Positions 18,590 through 27,792 of a stretch of DNA of 64,000 nt are shown here, piece after piece. The notes under the pieces are model-generated. The model saw only the letters and a list, made by a program, of their open reading frames with translations. It did no database searches and was not told the origin of the DNA. The stretch comes from Candidatus Komeilibacteria bacterium (GTDB lineage: Bacteria > Patescibacteriota > Patescibacteriia > UBA1558): contig JBLYPW010000001.1 in assembly GCA_048538275.1 (NCBI GenBank), positions 299,924-363,923 of the forward strand. Direction: 5' to 3'. A program made the translations under genes and the position numbers. Positions within the stretch are counted from its first letter, which is position 1. The number at the start of each line of letters is the position of its first letter.

Positions 18590-20176
18590 ATGTTTGAAGA
18601 CAGACCAAAACCAGTTGTGTTGCTTATTTTAGATGGCTGGGGAGTAGCGCCAGCTTCCAAGGCCAATGCTGTGACTTTGGCGGATACCAAAAATTTAGAT
18701 AGCTATATTTTGCAGTATCCGACAGTAACCTTGCAGGCGGCAGGAGAAGCTGTGGGTTTGTCTTGGGGAGAGATGGGTAATTCTGAAGTTGGACATTTAT
18801 CTTTGGGCAGCGGTAAGATTATTTATCAAAGTTTACCTCGTATTACTCGGGCCATTTCTGATCACTCTTTTTTTACCAATGAAGGGTTTATTAATGCCAC
18901 CAAGCATGTCAAAGAAAATAACAGTGCCTTACACTTAATGGGATTACTTTCAGATGGTAGCGTACATAGTTATAATGAGCATCTTTATGCTTTGGTAGAA
19001 ATGGCCAAGGAGCAGGAAGTCAGTAATGTATTTATACATATTTTCTTAGATGGCAGAGACACGGCCTATAATGCGGGTATAAAATTTGTTAAAAAATTGG
19101 AAGATAAGCTCAAGCAAATTGGCTTGGGCAGGATTGCTACTGTATCTGGTCGATATTATGCTATGGATAGAGATAATCATTGGGAGCGTATCGCGAAAAC
19201 TTATTGGGCTATGACTGAAGGGGAGTCAGATAAGCAATATAACAATGCCACAGACGCTATTCAAGCTTCTTATGATGCGGGTGTTTATGATGAAGAATTT
19301 GTGCCAGTAGTGATTAGCGATAATAATAAACCGGTAGCTATTGTAGGCGAAAAAGACGCCATAATATTTTTTAATTATAGATCGGATAGAGCACGGCAAT
19401 TGACCAAGGCCTTTGTTTTACCCAGTTTTGATAAGTTTGATAAGCCGCGACCTTATTTAAAGGATTTATATTTTGTCACTATGACAGAATATGAGAAAGA
19501 TTTACCGGTTAAGATCGCTTTTCCTCCTATACAGGTAGAAGCGTCTTTAGCAAAAGTTATTTCTCAAGCAGGATTAAGCCAATTACATATAGCGGAAACT
19601 GAAAAATACGCCCATGTTACATTTTTTTTCAATGGGGGCAGAGAAGAAAAATTTGCAAATGAAGATAGGATTTTGATTCCATCGCCTCGTATTCCAGCCT
19701 ATAATGCGCAGCCAGAAATGAGCGCCGGTCAGGTGACTAATAAGATAGTAGAGGCGGTCAAACAGAATAAATATGATTTTATAGTGGCAAATTTTGCTAA
19801 TCCAGATATGGTGGCTCACACCGGTGATATAAAAGCTACCATCATCGCTTTACAATTTATTGATCAGTCAGTTGGTCGTATAGTAGAGGCGGTCTTGGAA
19901 CGTAATGGAGTGATATTGATAACTGCTGATCATGGTAATGCTGAAGAGTTGTTTAAATTACAGACCGGAGAAATAGACAAAGAACATTCTACTAATCCCG
20001 TGCCACTCTATATTATTGCTAATGAATTGAAGGACAAAACTATTATTCCCGGAGTTAATCCTCAAAATCTATGCCAGCAAACGCCAGTAGGTATTTTGTC
20101 CGATGTAGCGCCAACTATTTTGCATATTATGGGATTAAAAAAACCCGCTACCATGACAGGCACGAGTTTGATTTAG
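18590..20176 (+). CDS. gpmI: 2,3-bisphosphoglycerate-independent phosphoglycerate mutase (copy 2, divergent tandem paralog)
   Basis: LLILDGWG, MGNSEVGHLSLGSGK, LDGRD, TADHGN motifs; immediately downstream of copy 1. Confidence 0.85.
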   Translation: MFEDRPKPVVLLILDGWGVAPASKANAVTLADTKNLDSYILQYPTVTLQAAGEAVGLSWGEMGNSEVGHLSLGSGKIIYQSLPRITRAISDHSFFTNEGFINATKHVKENNSALHLMGLLSDGSVHSYNEHLYALVEMAKEQEVSNVFIHIFLDGRDTAYNAGIKFVKKLEDKLKQIGLGRIATVSGRYYAMDRDNHWERIAKTYWAMTEGESDKQYNNATDAIQASYDAGVYDEEFVPVVISDNNKPVAIVGEKDAIIFFNYRSDRARQLTKAFVLPSFDKFDKPRPYLKDLYFVTMTEYEKDLPVKIAFPPIQVEASLAKVISQAGLSQLHIAETEKYAHVTFFFNGGREEKFANEDRILIPSPRIPAYNAQPEMSAGQVTNKIVEAVKQNKYDFIVANFANPDMVAHTGDIKATIIALQFIDQSVGRIVEAVLERNGVILITADHGNAEELFKLQTGEIDKEHSTNPVPLYIIANELKDKTIIPGVNPQNLCQQTPVGILSDVAPTILHIMGLKKPATMTGTSLI

Positions 20177-20191
20177 TTTTTTTAAATTTTA

Positions 20192-20611
20192 TTATAATAG
20201 CCAAAGCATGAGGCTGAAGACAATACCCCATAAAGTACCAGCCATTACTTCTTTGATAGTGTGACCTAAGCGTTCATTTAGTAAAGGATATTTATATTCT
20301 TGTTTATCTGGTAATTCTTTAATCAATTTATTGAGAATATTACCATGGTAACCTAATTGCCAGCGAGTAGTAAAGGCATCCCAAATAATAACCATGGCAA
20401 AGCTTAAGGCAATAGCAAAACTCAATGAGTTTAGCCCAGCCGTTAGGTAGCTGATAGTAGCGATACTAGCTGCGAAAGCTGAGTGGGATGAGGGCATGCC
20501 GCCATTACTTAATAAATGATTCCAGCTGAAATTACCATGTCGGCTTTCAAAGAATAATTTTAAAAGCTGGGTGCTGGCTAATACTATAAGGGGGTAGAGA
20601 AACAAAGGCAT
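20192..20611 (-). CDS. Divergent PAP2-family (DUF212/YuiD-like) membrane phosphatase-like protein
   Basis: GGMPSSHSA motif typical of acid phosphatase/vanadium-haloperoxidase-related family. Confidence 0.6.
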   Translation of the reverse strand: MPLFLYPLIVLASTQLLKLFFESRHGNFSWNHLLSNGGMPSSHSAFAASIATISYLTAGLNSLSFAIALSFAMVIIWDAFTTRWQLGYHGNILNKLIKELPDKQEYKYPLLNERLGHTIKEVMAGTLWGIVFSLMLWLL

Positions 20612-20630
20612 AAATAATTAATAAAGGTTA

Positions 20631-21431
20631 ATGCATTTATTATACATTATAATCAGCTCTATAATCCAGAGCTTAACAGAATTTATTCCAGTTTCCAGTT
20701 CTGGGCACTTGGTTATTTGGCATAGTGTGTGGTCAGCGCCACTGAATAGTTTGCAGCTGGATATCGTTTTACATCTCGGTTCTTTACTGGCTTTAATAGT
20801 TTATTTTCGTAAAGATATCATTCGGTTGTTTATTGCCTGGCTATATACTTGGCGCAAGCAGTGGACAGCGACGGGTAAATTGGCATGGTGGTTAATTTTG
20901 TCTACTGTACCAGCCGCTATGGTTGGCGTTTTGGCGGGACAGTGGGTGACAGATAATTTACGAAGTGATAGTACGGTGATAGCTATGCTTATTATTGTTG
21001 CTTTGTTGTTTTTATTGACTGAGAAAATAGCTCAGGGCAAACGTGATTTACAGCAATTAAATTGGCGCGATGCTTTATTGATTGGTATTGCTCAGTGTTT
21101 AGCATTTGTGCCTGGTACTTCTCGTAGCGGTATCACCATCGTGGCTGCGATGTTGTTAAAAATAAAAAGAGCGGAAGCCGCTCGCTATTCTTTTTTATTA
21201 GCAATTCCAACCTTGCTAGGAGCTAGTTTGAGTGGTGTAAGCATGATGGTTGACCAGGGGATAGATAGAGCTAGTATGATTATGGCAGGTATTGGATTGG
21301 TCATAACTTTTGTTTTATCTTGGGGGGTTATAAGATTTTTCTTACGCTATTTGCGTCAACATAGCCTCGTTCCTTTTGCTTTATATCGTATTGTTTTAGC
21401 GCTGGTACTTTGGCTAATATTATATTATTGA
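20631..21431 (+). CDS. uppP: Undecaprenyl-diphosphatase (BacA/UppP)
   Basis: LTEFIPVSSSGHL and PGTSRSGITI motifs. Confidence 0.85.
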   Translation: MHLLYIIISSIIQSLTEFIPVSSSGHLVIWHSVWSAPLNSLQLDIVLHLGSLLALIVYFRKDIIRLFIAWLYTWRKQWTATGKLAWWLILSTVPAAMVGVLAGQWVTDNLRSDSTVIAMLIIVALLFLLTEKIAQGKRDLQQLNWRDALLIGIAQCLAFVPGTSRSGITIVAAMLLKIKRAEAARYSFLLAIPTLLGASLSGVSMMVDQGIDRASMIMAGIGLVITFVLSWGVIRFFLRYLRQHSLVPFALYRIVLALVLWLILYY

Positions 21432-22085
21432 TAGTGTGATAGGTAGGGTACGAAAGGCTTGATAGCTATTATTGTAATCCGACATCATTTCCGATAATTT
21501 TAATTTGCGAGGACTACCAAAAATTTGTACTACTACCACCTGTTGTTGTCCCTGCAGTTTACCCATGATCACGGCTAGGCCAATTTCACGGTATTTGTCA
21601 TTTAAGATATTAGCACGGTGTCCGCTAGAATCCATCCATGCCTTCATTACATCTTTGTTGGTTGTAAAACCAGCTGCTAAATTTTCGCCGATAATCTGAT
21701 AGTCATAGCCAACATCATCTATCCAGCTACTGAAAAAACTGCCATCGGGAGCATTATGAGAAAAAAAATTATTCGCTATTAAATCAGTCGCCTTAGCTTG
21801 TGCGGCGGCGTTTAATTTATCGTTCACAGTCAATGGTTGTAATTGCTTGATGTCACGTATCTCATTGGTTAGCATAATCAAGTCATTGGCAGCTATACTG
21901 CTATCCAATAAGCTGGGTGATTGAGAGGTGGCACTTGGTACAAAAAAAAGTAAGCAACCAGAGCCTACTATTATTAATACAGCTATAGACAACCAAAAAA
22001 TAGCTTGGTGTTTATTTATTGACATTTGGACCCTCGTTTTTGTTTTTGTGGCTAATTTTGGCCACTTATATATACAGTATATCAT
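21420..22085 (-). CDS. CAP/SCP (PR-1-like, YkwD-type) domain protein with N-terminal TM anchor (start possibly at 22025)
   Basis: ATDLIANNFFSHN...GENLAAGF...AWMDSSGHRANIL CAP-domain motifs. Confidence 0.65.
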   Translation of the reverse strand: MIYCIYKWPKLATKTKTRVQMSINKHQAIFWLSIAVLIIVGSGCLLFFVPSATSQSPSLLDSSIAANDLIMLTNEIRDIKQLQPLTVNDKLNAAAQAKATDLIANNFFSHNAPDGSFFSSWIDDVGYDYQIIGENLAAGFTTNKDVMKAWMDSSGHRANILNDKYREIGLAVIMGKLQGQQQVVVVQIFGSPRKLKLSEMMSDYNNSYQAFRTLPITLSII

Positions 22086-22308
22086 ATTCTTTGGTAAAAG
22101 TCAAGGTTAATAAATATCATGCCAGATTTTAGAATCAGTCGTTGAGGATGATTGATTATCTAATCATTTAAACTATTGATTGTCAAGGCAAATAAAATAG
22201 GCTCAATCATTTGATGGAGCCTTTTGCCAACCTGTTTGGTGACCATGCATCCGATGCGGTTGTCCCGTAGATGCATTATTCCTTAGCAGGAATAAGGTCA
22301 ATGCTTCG

Positions 22309-22611
22309 CTACAGCCTGGTGATTAAAAAGATATCATAGCCTTGTGCCTTGATTTCTTCGAGACTATGCTCGCAGTATCCAGACAAGCGACCACGTACCT
22401 TGATTACCAGAGCTTCATCGTAGCCTTTACAGACATGACGTTCTGTAACAGGCTCAATGCCAAGCAACCTAACCGTGTCGTGACCGACAAAATTTTCGGC
22501 GACTTGGGCGAAAGCCTTGGCCTGGTCCAGGTCAATACGCCTCATCTGCCAATTGCCACATTCCAGCAACATGGTAGTAGAGAGTATGACCTTGCGGTTA
22601 ATGGTTTCCAT
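22309..22611 (-). CDS. Small DUF1874 (STIV B116-like) family protein, tentative
   Basis: 100-aa ORF in a locally GC-rich segment; pattern VILSTTMLL...VGHDTV..LLG....YDEALVIKV...LS.EEI resembles DUF1874 recalled from memory; overlapping + strand ORF judged a shadow. Confidence 0.4.
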   Translation of the reverse strand: METINRKVILSTTMLLECGNWQMRRIDLDQAKAFAQVAENFVGHDTVRLLGIEPVTERHVCKGYDEALVIKVRGRLSGYCEHSLEEIKAQGYDIFLITRL

Positions 22612-22876
22612 GTTTGAACTTCACTGGCTAAGCGGCTGCGCCTGGAGCCCTATTAGCCTGTATGGTAACCGTTTTTGGAAACCTAACCTTAAAAAGAACG
22701 ATAGCGTACCTTAGCATAGGATATTTTTTTTGTCAAGCCCCTGTACTTGATGACCACCTTTCGGGCACTTTCATATATTTTTAGTTGATTTGTAGACTTG
22801 TGAGGTGGGGTTTGTATTAATGTTACAGATTTTTTTAACATTCTTGATATTAATAGTTTATTATCTACATATTAAA

Positions 22877-22903
22877 TTGACAATTGTTAGGGGGGGGTAT
22901 AAT
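22877..22903 (+). promoter_or_regulatory. Sigma70-like promoter (TTGACA-15 nt-TATAAT) with G8 homopolymer tract in the spacer
   Basis: TTGACA at 22877-22882, TATAAT at 22898-22903, spacer contains gggggggg (22890-22897); 80 bp upstream of repeat-protein gene. Confidence 0.45.
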
Positions 22904-22985
22904 TAAGATGAAGCTAGATGTTTATTTTTACTATAATATAATTCAGTCTAGTCTAAATCTATTATTTAACACTTAATTAAATTCT

Positions 22986-24734
22986 ATGAGTATTGAAAAA
23001 AATGGTGGTTTTAAGTCTCCAGAATTTAGCTCAACACCTTCAATAGAACAAAAAGAGCAAGCAAAAGAAAAACTTTTACAAGAAGCATTGCAAGAGAGCT
23101 ATGAGTTAAATTTAAATGCGGGTCATATTGTACATGCAGAAAAAATTAGCGAAGACAGAGGAATAAGTTTAAACTCAGAAATATTCCAGATAGCGTATGA
23201 TGCACAAATAAATAAGGGTGATATATATACCGCTACTAGGGTAGCTAAGTTAGCCGAAGGCAAGGGATTGAAATTAACCCCCAAAGCTGAAAGTTTGCAA
23301 TTAGGCTATGAAAAAGCAATGGAAATGGGAAAAAAATACGATATTGAAAAAATAAAACAGTTTGCCCAAGAAAAAGGCATTAAACTAACAGTAAATAAGG
23401 ATGCTATCCAAAAATGGTGCGATTATGCGCTTGAGAACGGTGATAGTGGCATATTAAAAGAAATAAAAAAAATTGCCAAAAAAGAAAGAATAGAATTAGA
23501 AGTAAAAAAAGAAGTGTTGCAAAAGACTTATGATAAAAAACTTAATGAGTTAGAAGATTTGATCTCATTAACAGAAATTGAACAATTTGCTAAACAGAAT
23601 GACATTGATTTGGAAGTTAATAAAAAGATTCTGCAACAAGGGCTTGAAAATTATATAGAGTATGCAGCACCTAGAGAACCATATGAAAACTTGTTAGCTG
23701 ATGTTAAAAAAATTATAAATTTTGCCACTAAGAAGGGTGTTAAGATAAATATAGATGATATAGATGACAAAAAGGTACAAGAACTATATGAGAAAGGGTT
23801 AATAAATGGGGACAGTAGAATGATCAAAGGGATGAAAAATCTTGCCAGTGAGAAAGGCATAGATTTGGATATTCAAAAGTTAGATTTACAGGAATTATAC
23901 GATAAGTTTTTTACAGATGGGGAAATATATATAGCGCAACAGATAAAAGAAATAGGTGACGAAAATGGTTTAGAAGTTAAAGTCCCGAGTAAAGAAAAAA
24001 TACAAAAAAATTATGATATACTGTTAGCTTCGGGTAATCAATATGGAGCACTTAAAATACAACAATTTAGTGGTGATAATGGAATAGCGATTGAAATAAA
24101 AAAGGATATGTTACAAAAGGCGTATGAGACAATTTGTAATGGTAACATGGAGAGTGTGAACCTTAATTATATGTCCGACCTTGAAGAAATGGCTAAAGAT
24201 AATGGATATGAGATTGAAAACGCTAAAGAGCTAATTGAAAAAACTTATATTGAAGTTATTCATAATTTGAATATGGGCCATGCTGGTGCCAAAAGGGAGG
24301 GGCTAATAAAAAAACTAAAGGAACTAGGCTCTGATCTAACCTATGAAGATGTTATCAAGATGGATTATCTTGATTATTTAAAAGTACCAGAAGAGCAAAG
24401 ATTGAGCATACAAAAGACAATGGAAATAGATGGTGCGCCCATAAGGGTTAGCTTTTATGGTCAGAAGCAAGAAGCTCCGGTACATGGTAAGTTTATCATC
24501 GGCACAAGTACAGATAATGGTTTAGAGTTTGTTTTCGATAGTACATTAGGAGAACATGGGGATATTGGCAACAAATATAATTTAGAAGTGATTGGTGGTG
24601 GTTGGTTGGAAATAGATGAAATAAACAAGAAAATAAAGATTCACAGAAATAGTGAGGATTATGGTTATGAACCGAGGTCTATATCTAAAAGAGTGATAGC
24701 TGATACTTTCTCTGATTACGAGATTATAGTGTAG
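22986..24734 (+). CDS. Tandem-repeat protein (~9 helical repeats of ~38-40 aa) with distinct C-terminal beta-rich domain; no signal peptide; strongly AT-rich
   Basis: Repeating I..FA...GI.L.V.K..LQ..Y.....NG pattern through residues ~100-420; composition ~30% GC versus ~40% in neighbours. Confidence 0.6.
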   Translation: MSIEKNGGFKSPEFSSTPSIEQKEQAKEKLLQEALQESYELNLNAGHIVHAEKISEDRGISLNSEIFQIAYDAQINKGDIYTATRVAKLAEGKGLKLTPKAESLQLGYEKAMEMGKKYDIEKIKQFAQEKGIKLTVNKDAIQKWCDYALENGDSGILKEIKKIAKKERIELEVKKEVLQKTYDKKLNELEDLISLTEIEQFAKQNDIDLEVNKKILQQGLENYIEYAAPREPYENLLADVKKIINFATKKGVKINIDDIDDKKVQELYEKGLINGDSRMIKGMKNLASEKGIDLDIQKLDLQELYDKFFTDGEIYIAQQIKEIGDENGLEVKVPSKEKIQKNYDILLASGNQYGALKIQQFSGDNGIAIEIKKDMLQKAYETICNGNMESVNLNYMSDLEEMAKDNGYEIENAKELIEKTYIEVIHNLNMGHAGAKREGLIKKLKELGSDLTYEDVIKMDYLDYLKVPEEQRLSIQKTMEIDGAPIRVSFYGQKQEAPVHGKFIIGTSTDNGLEFVFDSTLGEHGDIGNKYNLEVIGGGWLEIDEINKKIKIHRNSEDYGYEPRSISKRVIADTFSDYEIIV

Positions 24735-25000
24735 AATTAGTTGATAATTTTTAGCACATCAGTTCAGACACTCTAATTTAAATTTATTATCATCAAACAT
24801 AAATTTAATATGTTTGGTTAATTTCACAATTTCTAATTCTAATATAATTTGTGAAAACAGGGGTGTCCGAAAGGTATCTCATCTTTTGCAGCCCATTATC
24901 AGGAATAATTATACAAACAAATATTTTGTTCACTCGGGTATAATAAGTTTTGTAGTTAGTTGGTTTTTAGTTTATAATAAAAAAAGAATAATTATTTTTT

Positions 25001-25633
25001 ATGGCTTACCAAAATATTGATCAGCTAATAGACTACCTCAAGGGCAAAAGTGTTTTGCATTCACCCCGTCTGGAGCAAGCCTTACGTATAGTTGATAGAG
25101 GTGATTTTGTGCGTCCGGAAACAAGGCCTTGGGCCTATTGGGATGAGCCTTTGTCTATTGGTTATGGCCAAACAATATCACAGCCGGCAGTAGTAGTATT
25201 TATGTTAGAATTATTGGCTCCGCAAATGGGGGAGAATGTTTTAGACGTGGGTTGTGGTTCTGGATGGCAAACGGCTTTATTGGCCTATTTGGTTGGTCGA
25301 GAAGGTAAGGTGACTGGTTTAGAAATAAAGCCACCTTTAGTACAACAAGCCAAGGTTAATTTAGTACCTTATGAATTTAGTAATATTGAAATTTTATTAG
25401 CTGATGGTCACGAGGGGTTTAGCTTGGGCGCGCCGTATGACAAAATTATTATAGCGGCGGCTACGGAAGAGTTGCCAGAGGTTTTGTGGCAACAATTGAA
25501 ACCGGATGGTGTGATGGTATATCCTGAGGGTAAAGGTGCCCAATCTATTGTCCGTTTGCGGAAAAATCTGGATGGCACTAGAGAACGTTCTAGTTGGCCA
25601 GGATATTTATTTGTACCATTTGTGCGACAATGA
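25001..25633 (+). CDS. pcm: Protein-L-isoaspartate O-methyltransferase
   Basis: LDVGCGSGWQTALLAYLVG SAM motif and PIMT-family architecture. Confidence 0.8.
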   Translation: MAYQNIDQLIDYLKGKSVLHSPRLEQALRIVDRGDFVRPETRPWAYWDEPLSIGYGQTISQPAVVVFMLELLAPQMGENVLDVGCGSGWQTALLAYLVGREGKVTGLEIKPPLVQQAKVNLVPYEFSNIEILLADGHEGFSLGAPYDKIIIAAATEELPEVLWQQLKPDGVMVYPEGKGAQSIVRLRKNLDGTRERSSWPGYLFVPFVRQ

Positions 25634-26721
25634 AGATAAAGAATAAAAATTTATATGCGGTTATATTAGCCGGCGGTATTGGTAGCCGACTATGGCCTTT
25701 ATCACGTCGCTTGCGACCTAAGCAAGTGCAGTCAATTTTGTCTGGGCCTACATTGTTGCAACAGACTTTTAAGCTGTTACGACGGGGGTTACCACCTAGT
25801 CATATATATTTGGTGACTACTAGAGATCAGCTTTCTATTATTCGTAAGCAACTACCTGAATTAGCTGCTAAAAATTTTATTGTAGAACCACAACGTCGGC
25901 ACACGGCAGCAGCTATTGCCTTGGCCAATAAGGTGATTTCTCTTCAAAATCCACAAGCTATTATCGTGACTACCAATACTGATGGCTATATTCCGCAGGC
26001 AGATAAATATTGGCAAGCCATTGACATGGCCACTCGGGCGGTGATGCGGAATACTGATTGTGTAGTTGCGATTGGCATCAGACCGACTTATCCGGAAACC
26101 GGCTATGGCTATATACATTTGTCCAATAAGCTATTTGGCAATTTGTATCAGGTAAAAAGCTTTAAAGAAAAACCATCATTATCACGAGCTAAATATTTTG
26201 TTTCTCGATCAGATTATTTATGGAATAGCGGAATCTATATTTTCAAGGCAGTGACTATGCAATCCCAGTTGGCTAAGTATTTGCCTCTGCATGACAAAGT
26301 ATTATCAGCTTGGCAGGCTCATACCAATAGCAAAAATCGTTGGGCCAAGTTATCCTACTATTATCATCGTCTCCCTATGATTTCTATTGACGTGGGCATT
26401 ATAGAAAAACAAAAAAATTTATTGTCACTGAGTGCTGATTTTATTTGGCAAGACATTGGACATTGGCGAGCGGTCAGAGATATTATTGCCAGTTTGCCGG
26501 ATGAGCTAACCGATAAGAGCGGTGGTAAGGTTTTGAACTTGACTGGTAAGAATAATTTGGTAAAAAATTTGTCCGATAAATTAGTGGTGACAATTGATTT
26601 GCAAGATATGATCGTGGTAAATATGGATGACGTGGTATTGGTTTGTCCTAGTAGTAGTGCGCAAAAGATAAAACAAGTAGTGAGTAGACTAGAGAAAAAT
26701 GGTTGGGAAGAATATTTGTAG
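25630..26721 (+). CDS. Mannose-1-phosphate guanylyltransferase-like nucleotidyltransferase (start chosen at MKIKNK, 4-bp overlap with pcm)
   Basis: YAVILAGGIGSRLWPLSR...PKQ nucleotidyltransferase N-terminus. Confidence 0.7.
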   Translation: MKIKNKNLYAVILAGGIGSRLWPLSRRLRPKQVQSILSGPTLLQQTFKLLRRGLPPSHIYLVTTRDQLSIIRKQLPELAAKNFIVEPQRRHTAAAIALANKVISLQNPQAIIVTTNTDGYIPQADKYWQAIDMATRAVMRNTDCVVAIGIRPTYPETGYGYIHLSNKLFGNLYQVKSFKEKPSLSRAKYFVSRSDYLWNSGIYIFKAVTMQSQLAKYLPLHDKVLSAWQAHTNSKNRWAKLSYYYHRLPMISIDVGIIEKQKNLLSLSADFIWQDIGHWRAVRDIIASLPDELTDKSGGKVLNLTGKNNLVKNLSDKLVVTIDLQDMIVVNMDDVVLVCPSSSAQKIKQVVSRLEKNGWEEYL

Positions 26722-26757
26722 CTTGCCTAAGACGTTTAAATTTGGCATAATGGGTGA

Positions 26758-27786
26758 GTGAGTAGTTATCAGTTTAACATGATTGAAGTCTATCAAAAAT
26801 ATAGCCTGAAACGGCGTTTTATTTTTAGCATCATTATTATAATTTTAGTCATTGGTGCTATTTTTTATTTATCTGGTGATGCCATTGATGATAATGTTAT
26901 TATTGTGACTATTCCTGCACAAGCTTCCTTGCCTGAGGTAACGGATTTATTGGTTGGTGAGAATATTATTAGCCATCCCGTATTATTTGGTTGGTATTTA
27001 CGCATCAGTGGACAAGCTGAGCAAATAAAAGCTGGTCAACATAAATTGTCTGCTGCTATGAGTTGGTCAGAGATGGTACATGAATTAACAATAACCACGT
27101 CTGCCAAGGAGAAGCAAATTACCATTATTGAAGGCTGGACAAATAATCAAATTGGTCAGTATTTAGTGAACAGTAATCTAGTTAATTATGATGAATGGCA
27201 ACAGGCTATGGCAGCTGCTTATGATTATAATTGGTTACCCAAGCGGACAGATGATTATTTACAAGGTTATTTATTTCCAGATACTTACCGTGTATATTTT
27301 GATAGCAGTGCTGAGCAGATAGTAAATAAGCTGTTGGCCAATTTTGCCAATAAAGTTGACACTGATTTACAAGCAGAGATTGAAGCACGGGGTTATAGCT
27401 TAAGACAAGTCATTACCTTAGCTTCTATTGTGGAAAGGGAAGTAAGAGCAGATCAGGACAGGGCATTGGTAGCGGATATTTTTTGGCGCCGCTTGGCCGA
27501 TAATTATCCCTTACAGTCAGATGCTACCGTGACTTATATTACACAAAAGAAACATCCACAGGCTACTTTTGCAGATACTAAAATTGATTCTCCTTATAAT
27601 ACTTATAAATATGCTGGTTTACCTCCCGGGCCAATAAGCAACCCGTCCTTATCGGCAATTAAGGCGGTGATTTATCCGCAAGCCAATGATTATTATTTCT
27701 TTTTAACTACCAACGATGACGGACGTGTCATTTATAGCCGTACCTATGAGGAACATTTACGTAATAAAGCTAAATATTTGGATTAA
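26758..27786 (+). CDS. mltG: Endolytic murein transglycosylase MltG (YceG family)
   Basis: N-terminal TM, YceG-like core with C-terminal YYFFLTTNDDGRVIYSRTYEEH. Confidence 0.75.
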   Translation: MSSYQFNMIEVYQKYSLKRRFIFSIIIIILVIGAIFYLSGDAIDDNVIIVTIPAQASLPEVTDLLVGENIISHPVLFGWYLRISGQAEQIKAGQHKLSAAMSWSEMVHELTITTSAKEKQITIIEGWTNNQIGQYLVNSNLVNYDEWQQAMAAAYDYNWLPKRTDDYLQGYLFPDTYRVYFDSSAEQIVNKLLANFANKVDTDLQAEIEARGYSLRQVITLASIVEREVRADQDRALVADIFWRRLADNYPLQSDATVTYITQKKHPQATFADTKIDSPYNTYKYAGLPPGPISNPSLSAIKAVIYPQANDYYFFLTTNDDGRVIYSRTYEEHLRNKAKYLD

Positions 27787-27792
27787 GGATTT

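Noticed and set aside
22342-22617. 91-aa plus-strand ORF overlapping the minus-strand 100-aa ORF
   Set aside because: Antiparallel shadow of the minus-strand gene; translation lacks protein-like motif structure whereas the minus-strand product shows DUF1874-like conserved blocks.
22620-22760. Possible small structured RNA (tmRNA/RNase P/SRP) in the GC-rich intergenic patch
   Set aside because: Searched by eye for RNase P (GGAAAGUCCGGGC), SRP (GGUGCUGUUU/AGGAAGCAGCC) and tmRNA end motifs; none present. Left as part of the compositional island.
24814-25020. 68-aa ORF between the repeat-protein gene and pcm
   Set aside because: AT-rich intergenic sequence, Ile/Asn/Tyr-rich translation without RBS; likely spurious.
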